64,000 nt of DNA from Antedon mediterranea. Its lineage: Eukaryota > Animalia > Echinodermata. The notes under the pieces were generated by a model that was given only the letters and a program-made list of their open reading frames with translations, did no database searches and was not told the origin of the DNA. Shown piece after piece: positions 1 to 13,680 of this stretch (positions are counted from its first letter, which is position 1; each line of letters starts with the position of its first letter). Location of the stretch: the NCBI RefSeq assembly GCF_964355755.1, contig NC_092675.1:14046912-14110911 (forward strand), read 5' to 3'. The position numbers and the translations under genes are program-made.

Positions 1-3000
1 ACACAAAACACCAAAGTGCTTAGAATAGCTTCAAATCGCATTTGGAGACGGTTTAGACCATTTTGTGATTTTGAAAAAACTTGTTAACATAAAAACACCA
101 AAGTGCTTAGAATAGCTTCAAATCGCATTTGGAGACGTTTTAGACCATTTTGTGATTTTCGAAAAAACTTGTTAACATAAAAACACCAAAGTGCTTAGAA
201 TAGCTTCAAATTGCATTTGGAGACGTTTTAGACCATTTTGTGATTTTCGAAAAAACTTGTTAACATAAAAACACCAAAGTGCTTAGAATAGCTTAAAATC
301 GTATTTGGAGACGTTTTAGACCATTTTGAGATTTTCGAAAAAACTTGGTTACACAAAAACATCAAAGTGCTTAAAATCACATTATAAACCGTTTTAGACC
401 ATTTTCAGCATTTCGATAACACTTTCACACAAAAACATCAAAGAGCACAAAATAGCTTAATATCGTATTTAAAAACGTTTTAGACCATTTTGAGCATTTC
501 GACAAAACTTTTTCACACAAAACACCAAAGTGCTTAGAATAGCTTCAAATCGCATTTGGAGACGTTTTAGACCAATTTTTGCATTTCGATGAAACTTGAT
601 TACACAAAAACATCAAAGTGTTTAAAATTACATTATAAACCGTTTTAGACCATTTTGAGCATTTCGATAACACTTTTCACACAAAAACATCAAAGAGCAC
701 AAAATAGCTTAATATCGTATTTAAAAACGTTTTAGACCATTTTGAGCATTTAGACAAAACTTTTTCACACAAAACTCCAAAGTGCTTAGAATAGCTTCAA
801 ATCGCATTTGGAGACGTTTTAGAACATTTTGTGTTTTTCGAAAAAACCTGTTAACATAAAAACACCAAAGTGCTTAGAATAGCTTCAAATCGCATTTGGA
901 GACTATTTAGACCATTTTGTGATTTTTGAAAAAACTTGTTAACATAAAAACACGAAAGTGCTTAGAATAGCTTCAAATCGCATTTGGAAACGTTTTAGAC
1001 CATTTTGTGATTTTCGAAAAAGATTGTTAACATAAAAACACCAATGTGCTTAGAATCACATTATACACCGTTTTAGACCATTTTGAGCATTTCGATAACA
1101 ATTTTCACACAAAAACATCAAAGGGCACAAAATAGCTTAATATCGTATTTAAAAATGTTTTAGACCATTTTGAGCATTTAGATAAAACTTTTTCACACAA
1201 AACACCAAAGTGCTTAGAATAGCTTCAAATCGCATTTGGAGACGGTTTAGAACATTTTGTGATTTTGAAAAAACTTGTTAACATAAAAACACCAAAGTGC
1301 TTAGAATAGCTTCAAATCGCATTTGGAGACGTTTTAGACCATTTTGTGATTTTCGAAAAAACTTGTTAACATAAAAACACCAAAGTGCTTAGAATAGCTT
1401 CAAATCGTATTTGGAGACGTTTTAGACCATTTTGAGATTTTCGAAAAAACTTGGTTACACAAAAACATCAAAGTGCTTAAAATCACATTATAAACCGTTT
1501 TAGACCATTTTGAGCATTTCGATAACACTTTTCACACAAAAACATCAAAGAGCACAAAATAGCTTAATATCGTATTTAAAAACGTTTTAGACCATTTTGA
1601 GCATTTCGAAAAAACTTTTTCACACAAAACACCAAAGTGCTTAGAATAGCTTCAAATCGCATTTGGAGACGTTTTAGACCAATTTGTGCATTTCGATGAA
1701 ACTTGATTACACAAAAACATCAAAGTGCTTAAAATCACATTATAAACCGTTTTAGACCATTTTGAGCATTTCGATAACACTTTTCACACAAAAACATCAA
1801 AGAGCACAAAATAGCTTAATATCGTATTTAAAAACGTTTTAGACCATTTTGAGCATTTCGACAAAACTTTTTCACACAAAACACCAAAGTGCTTAGAATA
1901 GCTTCAAATCGCATTTGGAGACGTTTTAGACCATTTTGTGCATTTCGATGAAACTTGGTTACACAAAAACATCAAAGTGCTTAAAATCACATTATAAATC
2001 GTTTTAGACCATTTTGAGCATTTCGACAAAACTTTTTCACACAAAATATCAAAGGGCTTAGAATAGCTTCAAATCGCATTTGGAGACGTTTTAGGCCAAT
2101 TTTTGATTTTCGAAAAAACTTGTTAACCTAAAAATACCAAAGTGTTTAGAATAGCTTCAAATCGCATTTGGAGACGTTTTAGACCATTTTGTGATTTTCG
2201 AAAAAACTTGTTAACATAAAAACACCAAAGTGCTTAGAATAGCTTCAAATCGCATTTGGAGACATTTTAGACCAATTTGTGATTTTCGAAAAAACTTGTC
2301 AACATAAAAACACCAAAGTGTTTAGAATAGCTTCAAATCGCATTTGGAGACGTGTTTGACCAATTTGTGATTTTCGAAAAAACTTATCAACATAAAAACA
2401 CCAAAGGGTTTAGAATATCTTCAAATCGCATTTGGAGACGTTTCAGACCATTTTGTGATTTTCGAAAAAACTTGTTAACATAAAAACAACAAAGTGCTTA
2501 GAATAGCTTCAAATCGCATTTGGAGACGTTTTAGACCATTTTGTGATTTTCAAAAAAAATTGTTAACATAAAAACACCAAAGTGCATAGAATCACATTAT
2601 AAACCGTTTTAGACCATTTAGAGCATTTCGATAACAATTTTCACACAAAAACATCAATGAGCACAAAATAGCTTAATATCGTATTTAAAAATGTTTTAGA
2701 CCATTTTGAGCATTTAGACAAAACTTTTTCACACAAAACACCAAAGTGCTTAGAATAGCTTCAAATCGCATTTGGAGACGTTTTAGACAATTTTGTGATT
2801 TTCGAAAAAAATTGTTAACATAAAAACACCAAAGTGCTTAGAATAGCTTCAAATCGCATTTGGAGACGTTTTAGACCATTTTGTGATTTTCGAAAAAACT
2901 TGGTTACACAAAAACATCAAAGTGCTTAAAATCACATTATAAACCGTTTTAGACCATTTTGAGCATTTCGATAACACTTTTCACACAAAAACATCATAGA

Positions 3001-6000
3001 GCACAAAATAGCTTAATATCGTATTTAAAAACGTTTTAGACCATTTTGAGCATTTCGACAAAACTTGTTAACATAAAAACACCAAAGTGCTTAGAATGGC
3101 TTCAATCGCATTTGGAGACGCTTTAGACCATTTTGTGATTTTCGAAAAAAATTGTTAACATAAAAACACCAAAGTGCTTAGAATCACATTATAAACCGTT
3201 TTAGACCATTTTGAGCATTTCGATAACAATTTTCACACAAAAACATCAAAGAGCACAAAATAGCTTAATATCGTATTTAAAAATGTTTTAGACCATTTTG
3301 AGCATTTAGAAAAAACTTTTTCACACAAAACACCAAAGTGCTTAGAATAGCTTCAAATCGTATTTGGAGACGTTTTAGACCATTTTGAGATTTTCGAAAA
3401 AACTTGGTTACACAAAAACATCAAAGTGCTTAAAATCACATTATAAACCGTTTTAGACCATTTTGAGCATTTCGATAACACTTTTCACACAAAAACATCA
3501 AAGAGCACAAAATAGCTTAATATCGTATTTAAAAACGTTTTAGACCATTTTGAGAATTTCGACAAAACTTTTTCACACAAAACACCAAAGTGCTTAGAAT
3601 AGCTTCAAATCGCATTTGGAGACGTTTTAGACCAATTTGTGCATTTCGATGAAACTTGGTTACACAAGAACATCAAAGTGCTTAAAATCACATTATAAAT
3701 TGTTTTAGACCATTTTGAGCATTTCGATAACACTTTTCACACAAAAACATCAAAGAGCACAAAATAGCTTAATATCTTATTTAAAAACGTTTTAGACCAT
3801 TTTGAGCATTTAGACAAAACTTTTTCACACAAAACACCAAAGTGCTTAGAATAGCTTCAAATCGCATTTGGAGACGTTTTAGACCATTTTGTGATTTTCA
3901 AAAAAACTTGTTAACATAAAAACACCAAAGTGCTTAGAATAGCTTCAAATCGTATTTGGAGACGTTTTAGACCATTTTGTGATTTTCGAAAAAACTTGTC
4001 AACATAAAAACACCAAAGTGTTTAGAATAGCTTCAAATCGCATTTGGAGACGTTTTAGACCAATTTGTGATTTTCGAAAAAACTTATCAACATAAAAACA
4101 CCAAAGGGTTTAGAATAGCTTCAAGTCGCATTTTGAGACGTTTTAGACCATTTTGTGATTTTCGAAAAAACTTGTTAACATAAAAACACGAAAGTGCTTA
4201 GAATAGCTTCAAATCGCATTTGGAAACGTTTTATTCCATTTTGTGATTTTCGAAAAAAATTGTTAACATAAAAACACCAAAGTGCTTAGAATCACATTAT
4301 AAACCGTTTTAGACCATTTTGAGCATTTCGATAACAATTTTCACACAAAAACATCAAAGAGCACAAAATAGCTTAATATCGTATTTAAAAATGTTTTAGA
4401 CCATTTTGAGCATTTAGAAAAAACTTTTTCACACAAAACACCAAAGTGCTTAGAATAGCTTCAAATCGTATTTGGAGACGTTTTAGACCATTTTGAGATT
4501 TTCGAAAAAACTTGGTTACACAAAAACATCAAAGTGCTTAAAATCACATTATAAACCGTTTTAGACCATTTTGAGCATTTCGATAACACTTTTCACACAA
4601 AAACATCAAAGAGCACAAAATAGCTTAATATCGTATTTAAAAACGTTTTAGACCATTTTGAGCATTTCGACAAAACTTTTTCACACAAAACACCAAAGTG
4701 CTTAGAATAGCTTCAAATCGCATTTGGAGACGTTTTAGACCAATTTGTGCATTTCGATGAAACTTGGTTACACAAAAACATCAAAGTGCTTAAAATCACA
4801 TTATAAATTGTTTTAGACCATTTTGAGCATTTCGATAACACTTTTCACACAAAAACATCAAAGAGCACAAAATAGCTTAATATCTTATTTAAAAACGTTT
4901 TAGACCATTTTGAGCATTTAGACAAAACTTTTTCACACAAAACACCAAAGTGCTTAGAATAGCTTCAAATCGCATTTGGAGACGTTTTAGACCATTTTGT
5001 GATTTTCAAAAAAACTTGTTAACATAAAAACACCAAAGTGCTTAGAATAGCTTCAAATCGTATTTGGAGACGTTTTAGACCATTTTGTGATTTTCGAAAA
5101 AACTTGTTAACATAAAAACACCAAAGTGCTTAGAATAGCTTCAAATCGCATTTGGAGACATTTTAGACCAATTTGTGATTTTTGAAAAAAACTTGTCAAC
5201 ATAAAAACACCAAAGTGTTTAGAATAGCTTCAAATCGCATTTGGAGACGTTTTAGACCAATTTGTGATTTTCGAAAAAACTTATCAACATAAAAACACCA
5301 AAGGGTTTAGAATAGCTTCAAATCGCATTTTGAGACGTTTTAGACCATTTTGTGATTTTCGAAAAAACTTGTTAACATAAAAACACGAAAGTGCTTAGAA
5401 TAGCTTCAAATCGCATTTGGAAACGTTTTATTCCATTTTGTGATTTTCGAAAAAAATTGTTAACATAAAAACACCAAAGTGCTTAGAATCACATTATAAA
5501 CCGTTTTAGACCATTTTGAGCATTTCGATAACAATTTTCACACAAAAACATCAAAGAGCAAAAAATAGCTTAATATCGTATTTAAAAATGTTTTAGACCA
5601 TTTTGAGCATTTAGATAAAACTTTTTCACACAAAACACCAAAGTGCTTAGAATAGCTTCAAATCGCATTTGGAGACGTTTTAGACCATTTTGTGATTTTC
5701 GACAAAACTTTTTCACACAAAACACCAAAGTGCTTAGAATAGCTTCAAATCGCATTTGGAGACGTTTTAGACCAATTTGTGCATTTCGATGAAACTTGGT
5801 TACACAAAAACATCAAAGTGCTTAAAATCACATTATAAACCATTTTAGACCATTTTGAGCATTTCGATAACACTTTTCACACAAAAACATCAAAGAGCAC
5901 AAAATAGCTTAATATCGTATTTAAAAACGTTTTAGACCATTTTGAGCATTTCGACAAAACTTTTTCACACAAAACACCAAAGTGCTTAGAATAGCTTCAA

Positions 6001-9000
6001 ATCGCATTTGGAGACGTTTTAGACCATTTTGTGATTTTCTAAAAAACTTGTAAACATAAAAACACCAAAGTGCTTAGAATAGCTTCAAATAACATTTGGA
6101 GACGTTTTAGACCATTTTGTGATTTTCGAAAAAACTTGTTAACATAAAAACACGAAAGTGCTTAGAATAGCTTCAAATCGCATTTGGAAACGTTTTAGAC
6201 CATTTTGTGATTTTCGAAAAAACTTGTTAACATAAAAACACGAAAGTGCTTAGAATAGCTTCAAATCGCATTTGGAAACGTTTTAGACCATTTTGTGATT
6301 TTCGAAAAAAATTGTTAACATAAAAACACCAAAGTGCTTAGAATCACATTATAAACCGTTTTAGACCATTTTGAGCATTTCGATAACAATTTTCACACAA
6401 AAACATCAAAGAGCACAAAATAGCTTAATATCGTATTTAAAAATGTTTTAGACCATTTTGAGCATTTAGATAAAACTTTTTCACACAAAACACCAAAGTG
6501 CTTAGAATAGCTTTAAATCGCATTTGGAGACGTTTTAGACCATTTTGTGATTTTTGAAAAAACTTGTAAACATAAAAACACCAAAGTGCTTAGAATAGCT
6601 TCAAATCACATTTGGAGACGTTTTAGACCATTTTGTGATTTTCGAAAAAACTTGTTAACGTAAAAACACGAAAGTGCTTAGAATAGCTTCAAATCGCATT
6701 TGGAAACGTTTTAGACCATTTTGTGATTTTCGAAAAAACTTGTTAACATAAAAACACGAAAGTGCTTAGAATAGCTTCAAATCGCATTTGGAAACGTTTT
6801 AGACCATTTTGTGATTTTCGAAAAAAATTGTTAACATAAAAACACCAAAGTGTTTAGAATAGCTTCAAATCGCATTTGGAGACGTTTTAGACCAATTTGT
6901 GATTTTCGAAAAAACTTATCAACATAAAAACACCAAAGGGTTTAGAATAGCTTCAAATCGCATTTGGAGACGTTTTAGACCATTTTGTGATTTTCGAAAA
7001 AACTTGTTAACATAAAAACACGAAAGTGCTTAGAATAGCTTCAAATCGCATTTGGAAACGTTTTAGACCATTTTGTGATTTTCGAAAAAACTTGTTAACA
7101 TAAAAACATGAAAGTGCTTAGAATAGCTTCAAATCGTATTTGGAGACGTTTTAGACCATTTTGTGATTTTCGAAAAAACTTGTTAACATAAAAACACCAA
7201 AGTGCTTAGAATAGCTTCAAATCGCATTTGGAGACGTTTTAGACCATTTTGTGCATTTCGATGAAACTTGGTTACACAAAAACATCAAAGTGCTTAAAAT
7301 CACATTATAAACCATTTTAGACCATTTTGAGCATTTCGATAACACTTTTCACACAAAAACATCAAAGAGCACAAAATAGCTTAATATCGTATTTAAAAAC
7401 GTTTTAGACCATTTTGAGCATTTCGACAAAACTTTTTCACACAAAACACCAAAGTGCTTAGAATAGCTTCAAATCGCATTTGGAGACGTTTTAGACCATT
7501 TTGTGATTTTCGAAAAAACTTGTTAACATAAAAACATCAAAGTGTACAGAATAACTTCAAATCGCATTTGGAGACCGTTTTAGGCCAATTTGTGATTTTC
7601 GAAAAAACTTGTTAACCTAAAAATACCAAAGTGTTTAGAATAGCTTCAAATCGCATTTGGAGACGTTTTAGACCATTTTGTGATTTTCGAAAAAACTTGT
7701 TAACATAAAAACACCAAAGTGCTTCAAATCGCATTTGGAGACATTTTAGACCAATTTGTGATTTTTGAAAAAACTTGTTAACATAAAAACACCAAAGTGC
7801 TTACAATAGCTTCAAATCGTATTTGGAGACGTTTTAGACCATTTTGTGATTTTCGAAAAAACTTGTTAACATAAAAACACGAAAGTACTTAGAATAGCTT
7901 CAAATCGCATTTGGAGACGTTTTAGACCATTTTATGCATTTCGATGAAACTTGGTTACACAAAAACATCAAAGTGCTTAAAATCACATTATAATCCGTTT
8001 TAGACCATTTTGAGCATTTCGATAACACTTTTCACACAAAAACATCAAAGAGCACAAAATAGCTTAATATCGTATTTAAAAACGTTTTAGACCATTTTGA
8101 GCATTTCGACAAAACTTTTTCACACAAAACACCAAAGTGCTTAGAATAGCTTCAAATCGCATTTGGAGACGTTTTAGACCATTTTGTGATTTTCGAAAAA
8201 AATTGTTAACATAAAAACATCAAAGTGTACAGAATAGCTTCAAATCGCATTTGGAGACCGTTTTAGGGCAATTTGTGATTTTCGAAAAAACTTGTTAACC
8301 TAAAAATACCAAAGTGTTTAGAATAGCTTCAAATCGCATTTGGAGACGTTTTAGACCATTTTGTGATTTTCGAAAAAACTTGTTAACATAAAAACACCAA
8401 AGTGCTTAGAATAGCTTCAAATCGCATTTGGAGACATTTTAGACCAATTTGTGATTTTCGAAAAAACTTGTCAACATAAAAACACCAAAGTGTTTAGAAT
8501 AGCTTCAAATCGCATTTGGAGACGTTTTAGACCAATTTGTGATTTTCGAAAAAACTTATCAACATAAAAACACCAAAGGGTTTAGAATATCTTCAAATCG
8601 CATTTGGAGACGTTTTAGACAATTTTGTGATTTTCGAAAAAACTTGTTAACATAAAAACACCAAAGTGCTTAGAATAGCTTCAAATCGCATTTGGAGACG
8701 TTTTAGACCATTTTGTGATTTTCAAAAAAAATTGTTAACATAAAAACACCAAAGTGCATAGAATCACATTATAAACCGTTTTAGACCATTTAGAGCATTT
8801 CGATAACAATTTTCACACAAAAACATCAATGAGCACAAAATAGCTTAATATCGTATTTAAAAATGTTTTAGACCATTTTGAGCATTTAGACAAAACTTTT
8901 TCACACAAAACACCAAAGTGCTTAGAATAGCTTCAAATCGCATTTGGAGACGTTTTAGACAATTTTGTGATTTTCGAAAAAAATTGTTAACATAAAAACA

Positions 9001-12000
9001 CCAAAGTGCTTAGAATAGCTTCAAATCGCATTTGGAGACGTTTTAGACCATTTTGTGATTTTCGAAAAAACTTGGTTACACAAAAACATAAAAGTGCTTA
9101 AAATCACATTATAAACCGTTTTAGACCATTTTGAGCATTTCGATAACACTTTTCACACAAAAACATCATAGAGTACAAAATAGCTTAATATCGTATTTAA
9201 AAACGTTTTAGACCATTTTGAGCATTTCGACAAAACTTGTTAACATAAAAACACCAAAGTGCTTAGAATGGCTTCAATTGCATTTGGAGACGCTTTAGAC
9301 CATTTTGTGATTTTCGAAAAAAATTGTTAACATAAAAACACCAAAGTGCTTAAAATCACATTATAAATCGTTTTAGACCATTTTGAGCATTTCGATAACA
9401 CTTTTCACACAAAAACATCAAAGAGCACAAGATAGCTTAATATCTTATTTAAAAACGTTTTAGACCATTTTTAACATTTAGACAAAACTTTTTCACACAA
9501 AACACCAAAGTGCTTAGAATAGCTTCAAATCGCATTTGGAGACGTTTTAGACCAGTTTGTGATTTTCAAAAAAACTTGTTAACATAAAAACACCAAAGTG
9601 CTTAGAATAGCTTCAAATCGTATTTGGAGACGTTTTAGACCATTTTGTGATTTTCGAAAAAACTTGTTAACATAAAAACACCAAAGTGCTTAGAATAGCT
9701 TCACATCGCATTTGGAGACATTTTAGACCAATTTGTGATTTTCGAAAAAAACTTGTCAACATAAAAACACCAAAGTGTTTAGAATAGCTTCAAATCGCAT
9801 TTGGAGACGTTTTAGACCAATTTGTGATTTTCGAAAAAAACTTATCAACATAAAAACACCAAAAGGTTTAGAATAGCTTCAAATCGCATTTTGAGACGTT
9901 TTAGACCATTTTGTGATTTTCGAAAAAACTTGTTAACATAAAAACACGAAAGTGCTTAGAATAGCTTCAAATCGCATTTGGAAACGTTTTATTCCATTTT
10001 GTGATTTTCGAAAAAAATTGTTAACATAAAAACACCAAAGTGCTTAGAATCACATTATAAACCGTTTTAGACCATTTTGAGCATTTCGATAACAATTTTC
10101 ACACAAAAACATCAAAGAGCACAAAATAGCTTAATATCGTATTTAAAAATGTTTTAGACCATTTTGAGCATTTAGAAAAAACTTTTTCACACAAAACACC
10201 AAAGTGCTTAGAATAGCTTCAAATCGCATTTGGAGACGGTTTAGACCATTTTGTGATTTTGAAAAAACTTGTTAACATAAAAACACCAAAGTGCTTAGAA
10301 TAGCTTCAAATCGCATTTGGAGACGTTTTAGACCATTTTGTGATTTTCGAAAAAACTTGTTAACATAAAAACACCAAAGTGCTTAGAATAGCTTCAAATC
10401 ACATTTGGAGACGTTTTAGACCATTTTGTGATTTTTGAAAAAACTTGTTAACATAAAAACACGAAAGTGCTTAGAATAGCTTCAAATCACATTTGGAGAC
10501 GTTTTAGACCATTTTGTGATTTTCGAAAAAGATTGTTAACATAAAAACACCAAAGTGCTTAGAATCACATTATAAACCGTTTTAGACCATTTTGAGCATT
10601 TCAATAACAATTTTCACACAAAAACATCAAAGAGCACAAAATAGCTTAATATCGTATTTAAAAATGTTTTAGACCATTTTGAGCATTTAGATAAAACTTT
10701 TTCACACAAAACACCAAAATGCTTAGAATAGCTTCAAATCGAATTTGGAGACGGTTTAGACCATTTTGTGATTTTGAAAAAACTTGTTAACATAAAAACA
10801 CCAAAGTGCTTAGAATAGCTTCAAATCGCATTTGGAGACGTTTTAGACCATTTTGTGATTTTCGAAAAAACTTGTTAACATAAAAACACCAAAGTGCTTA
10901 GAATAGCTTAAAATCGTATTTGGAGACGTTTTAGACAATTTTGAGATTTTCGAAAAAACTTGGTTACACAAAAACATCAAAGTGCTTAAAATCACATTAT
11001 AAACCGTTTTAGACCATTTTCAGCATTTCGATAACACTTTTCACACAAAAACATCAAAGAGCACAAAATAGCTTAATATCGTATTTAAAAACGTTTTAGA
11101 CCATTTTGAGCATTTAGACAAAACTTTTTCACACAAAACACCAAAGTGCTTAGAATAGCTTCAAATCGCATTTGGAGACGTTTTAGACCATTTTGTGTAT
11201 TTCGATGAAACTTGGTTACACAAAAACATCAAAGTGCTTAAAATCACACTATAAATCGTTTTAGACCATTTTGAGCATTTCGACAAAACTTTTTCACACA
11301 AAATACAAAAGTGCTTAGAATAGCTTCAAATCGCATTTGGAGACGTTTTAGACCATTTTGTGATTTTCGAAAAACTTGTTAACATAAAAACACCAAAGTG
11401 CTTAGAATAGCTTAAAATCGTATTATGAGACGTTTTAGACAATTTTGAGATTTTCGAAAAAACTTGGTTACACAAAAACATCAAAGTGCTTAAAATCACA
11501 TTATAAACCGTTTTAGACCATTTTCAGCATTTCGATAACACTTTTCACACAAAAACATCAAAGAGCACAAAATAGCTTAATATCGTATTTAAAAACGTTT
11601 TAGACCATTTTGAGCATTTAGACAAAACTTTTTCACACAAAACACCAAAGTGCTTAGAATAGCTTCAAATCGCATTTAGAGACGTTTTAGACCATTTTGT
11701 GTATTTCGATGAAACTTGGTTACACAAAAACATCAAAGTGCTTAAAATCACATTATAAATCGTTTTAGACCATTTTGAGCATTTCGACAAAACTTTTTCA
11801 CACAAAATACAAAAGTGCTTAGAATAGCTTCAAATCGCATTTGGAGACGTTTTAGACCATTTTGTGATTTTCGAAAAAACTTTTTAACATAAAAACACCA
11901 AAGTGCTTAGAATAGCTTCAAATCGTATTTTAGACCATTTTGAGATTTTCGAAAAAACTTGGTTACACAAAAATATCAAAGTGCTTAAAATCACATTATA

Positions 12001-12749
12001 AACCGTTTTAGACCATTTTGAGCATTTCGATAACACTTTTCACACAAAAACATCAAAGAGCACAAAATAGCTTAATATCGTATTTAAAAACGTTTTAGAC
12101 CATTTTGAGCATTTCGACAAAACTTTTTCACACAAAACACCAAAGTGCTTAGAATAGCTTCAAATCGCATTTGGAGACGTTTTAGACCAATTTGTGCATT
12201 TCGATGAAACTTGGTTACACAAAAACATCAAAGTGCTTAAAATCACATTATAAATCGTTTTAGACCATTTTGAGCATTTCGATAACACTTTTCACACAAA
12301 AACATCAAAGAGCACAAAATAGCTTAATATCTTATTTAAAAACGTTTTAGACCATTTTGAGCATTTAGACAAAACTTTTTCACACAAAACACCAAAGTCC
12401 TTAGAATAGCTTCAAATCGCATTTGGAGACGTTTTAGACCATTTTGTGATTTTCAAAAAAACTTGTTAACATAAAAACACCAAAGTGCTTAGAATAGCTT
12501 CAAATCGTATTTGGAGACGTTTTAGACCATTTTGTGATTTTCGAAAAAACTTGTTAACATAAAAACACCAAAGTGCTTAGAATAGCTTCAAATCGCATTT
12601 GGAGACATTTTAGACCAATTTGTGATTTTCGAAAAAAACTTGTCAACATAAAAACACCAAAGTGTTTAGAATAGCTTCAAATCGCATTTGGAGACGTTTT
12701 AGACCAATTTGTGATTTTCGAAAAAACTTATCAACATAAAAACACCAAA
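1..12749. repeat. Tandem satellite DNA array, block 1 (88/77/87-bp monomer family)
   Basis: Continuous head-to-tail repeats. The main 88-bp monomer is CACCAAAGTGCTTAGAATAGCTTCAAATCGCATTTGGAGACGTTTTAGACCATTTTGTGATTTTCGAAAAAACTTGTTAACATAAAAA (starts at 96, 184, 272). A 77-bp variant contains AATCACATTATAAACCG (611-687) and an 87-bp variant contains AAAGAGCACAAAATAGCTTAATATCG (436-522). The array continues beyond the window start. Confidence 0.98.
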
Positions 12750-12800
12750 CACAGCTGTTTCAACTAGTGTTAAGATATCAGAAAAAGTCAAGCGCCCTCA
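12750..12800 (+). repeat. Left bipartite terminal inverted repeat
   Basis: CACAGCTGTTTCA (12750-12762), then a 22-bp spacer, then AAGTCAAGCGCCCTCA (12785-12800). Confidence 0.75.
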
Positions 12801-13680
12801 GTGTTAGCAGACGAGGCTCCCCCCGAGTCGCGCGGACATATAATTTTTGTTTACAAACCATTATTTCGCGAACGCCAAATTAAATTTCGCTATCGTGAGT
12901 TTTTATGTAGTAAAAACATTTTATACAAAACTAAACGATTAAAAAAAGTGTATGTTCAATTAAAAAATAAATATTTTATTGTTTCTTTACTATAAATTAA
13001 TAAATAAACGACGATATTGTCCATTTTACTGAAATACTCTCCCGCACATAAACCAGGAAGTTGAGATAAACTGTGTAATGAAATAGTAAACAATCGTAAG
13101 TAGAAAATATCATTGTATTCTTTACTTTTTTTGTGGATATAATTCATTTTTTTAGAAAAAGAACGAACTAGAATATAGTCCATCATTATTATATAAACAA
13201 AATAATACTAGTTTTGTTAATATAGCCTGGTTCAGTTTTTAGTAAAACTCGCATATTTTGCAACCCTTTTATACATTGTTATTGTTATCGGCAAGAAAAC
13301 GGTTTGGCGATAGGCTTAGAAAGTGCGTTGACGCCCGCGATGACCGTGACAGTAATGTGGGCCTAGAATGAACCTAGGCCGAAAGATAGAAAATTCGTAA
13401 TAGTTAAACCTTTAATTACCATAATCCTAAATGTAATCATTATAACTGTTACCAAATAATTAATGGCATGTGTTTATAATAATAATTATTGCTTTCCTGG
13501 TGCATTTTTAGGCTAGCTGGTGGGACTGAGTGACAGTCACAGCCTAGGCTAGGCCTTAATATTAATACATTTTTACAGCATAATAATGGTTTAATATTTT
13601 GGCTATTAGCTCTCTTGTTTGGATTTGTTTGGACACAAAACTGAAGTACTGTAGATTTAAAAATTGATTTATTTTTAAAG

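Noticed and set aside
155-175. CENP-B box in the monomer (TTCGAAAAAACTTG)
   Set aside because: It has TTCG and the central A but lacks the required CGGG.
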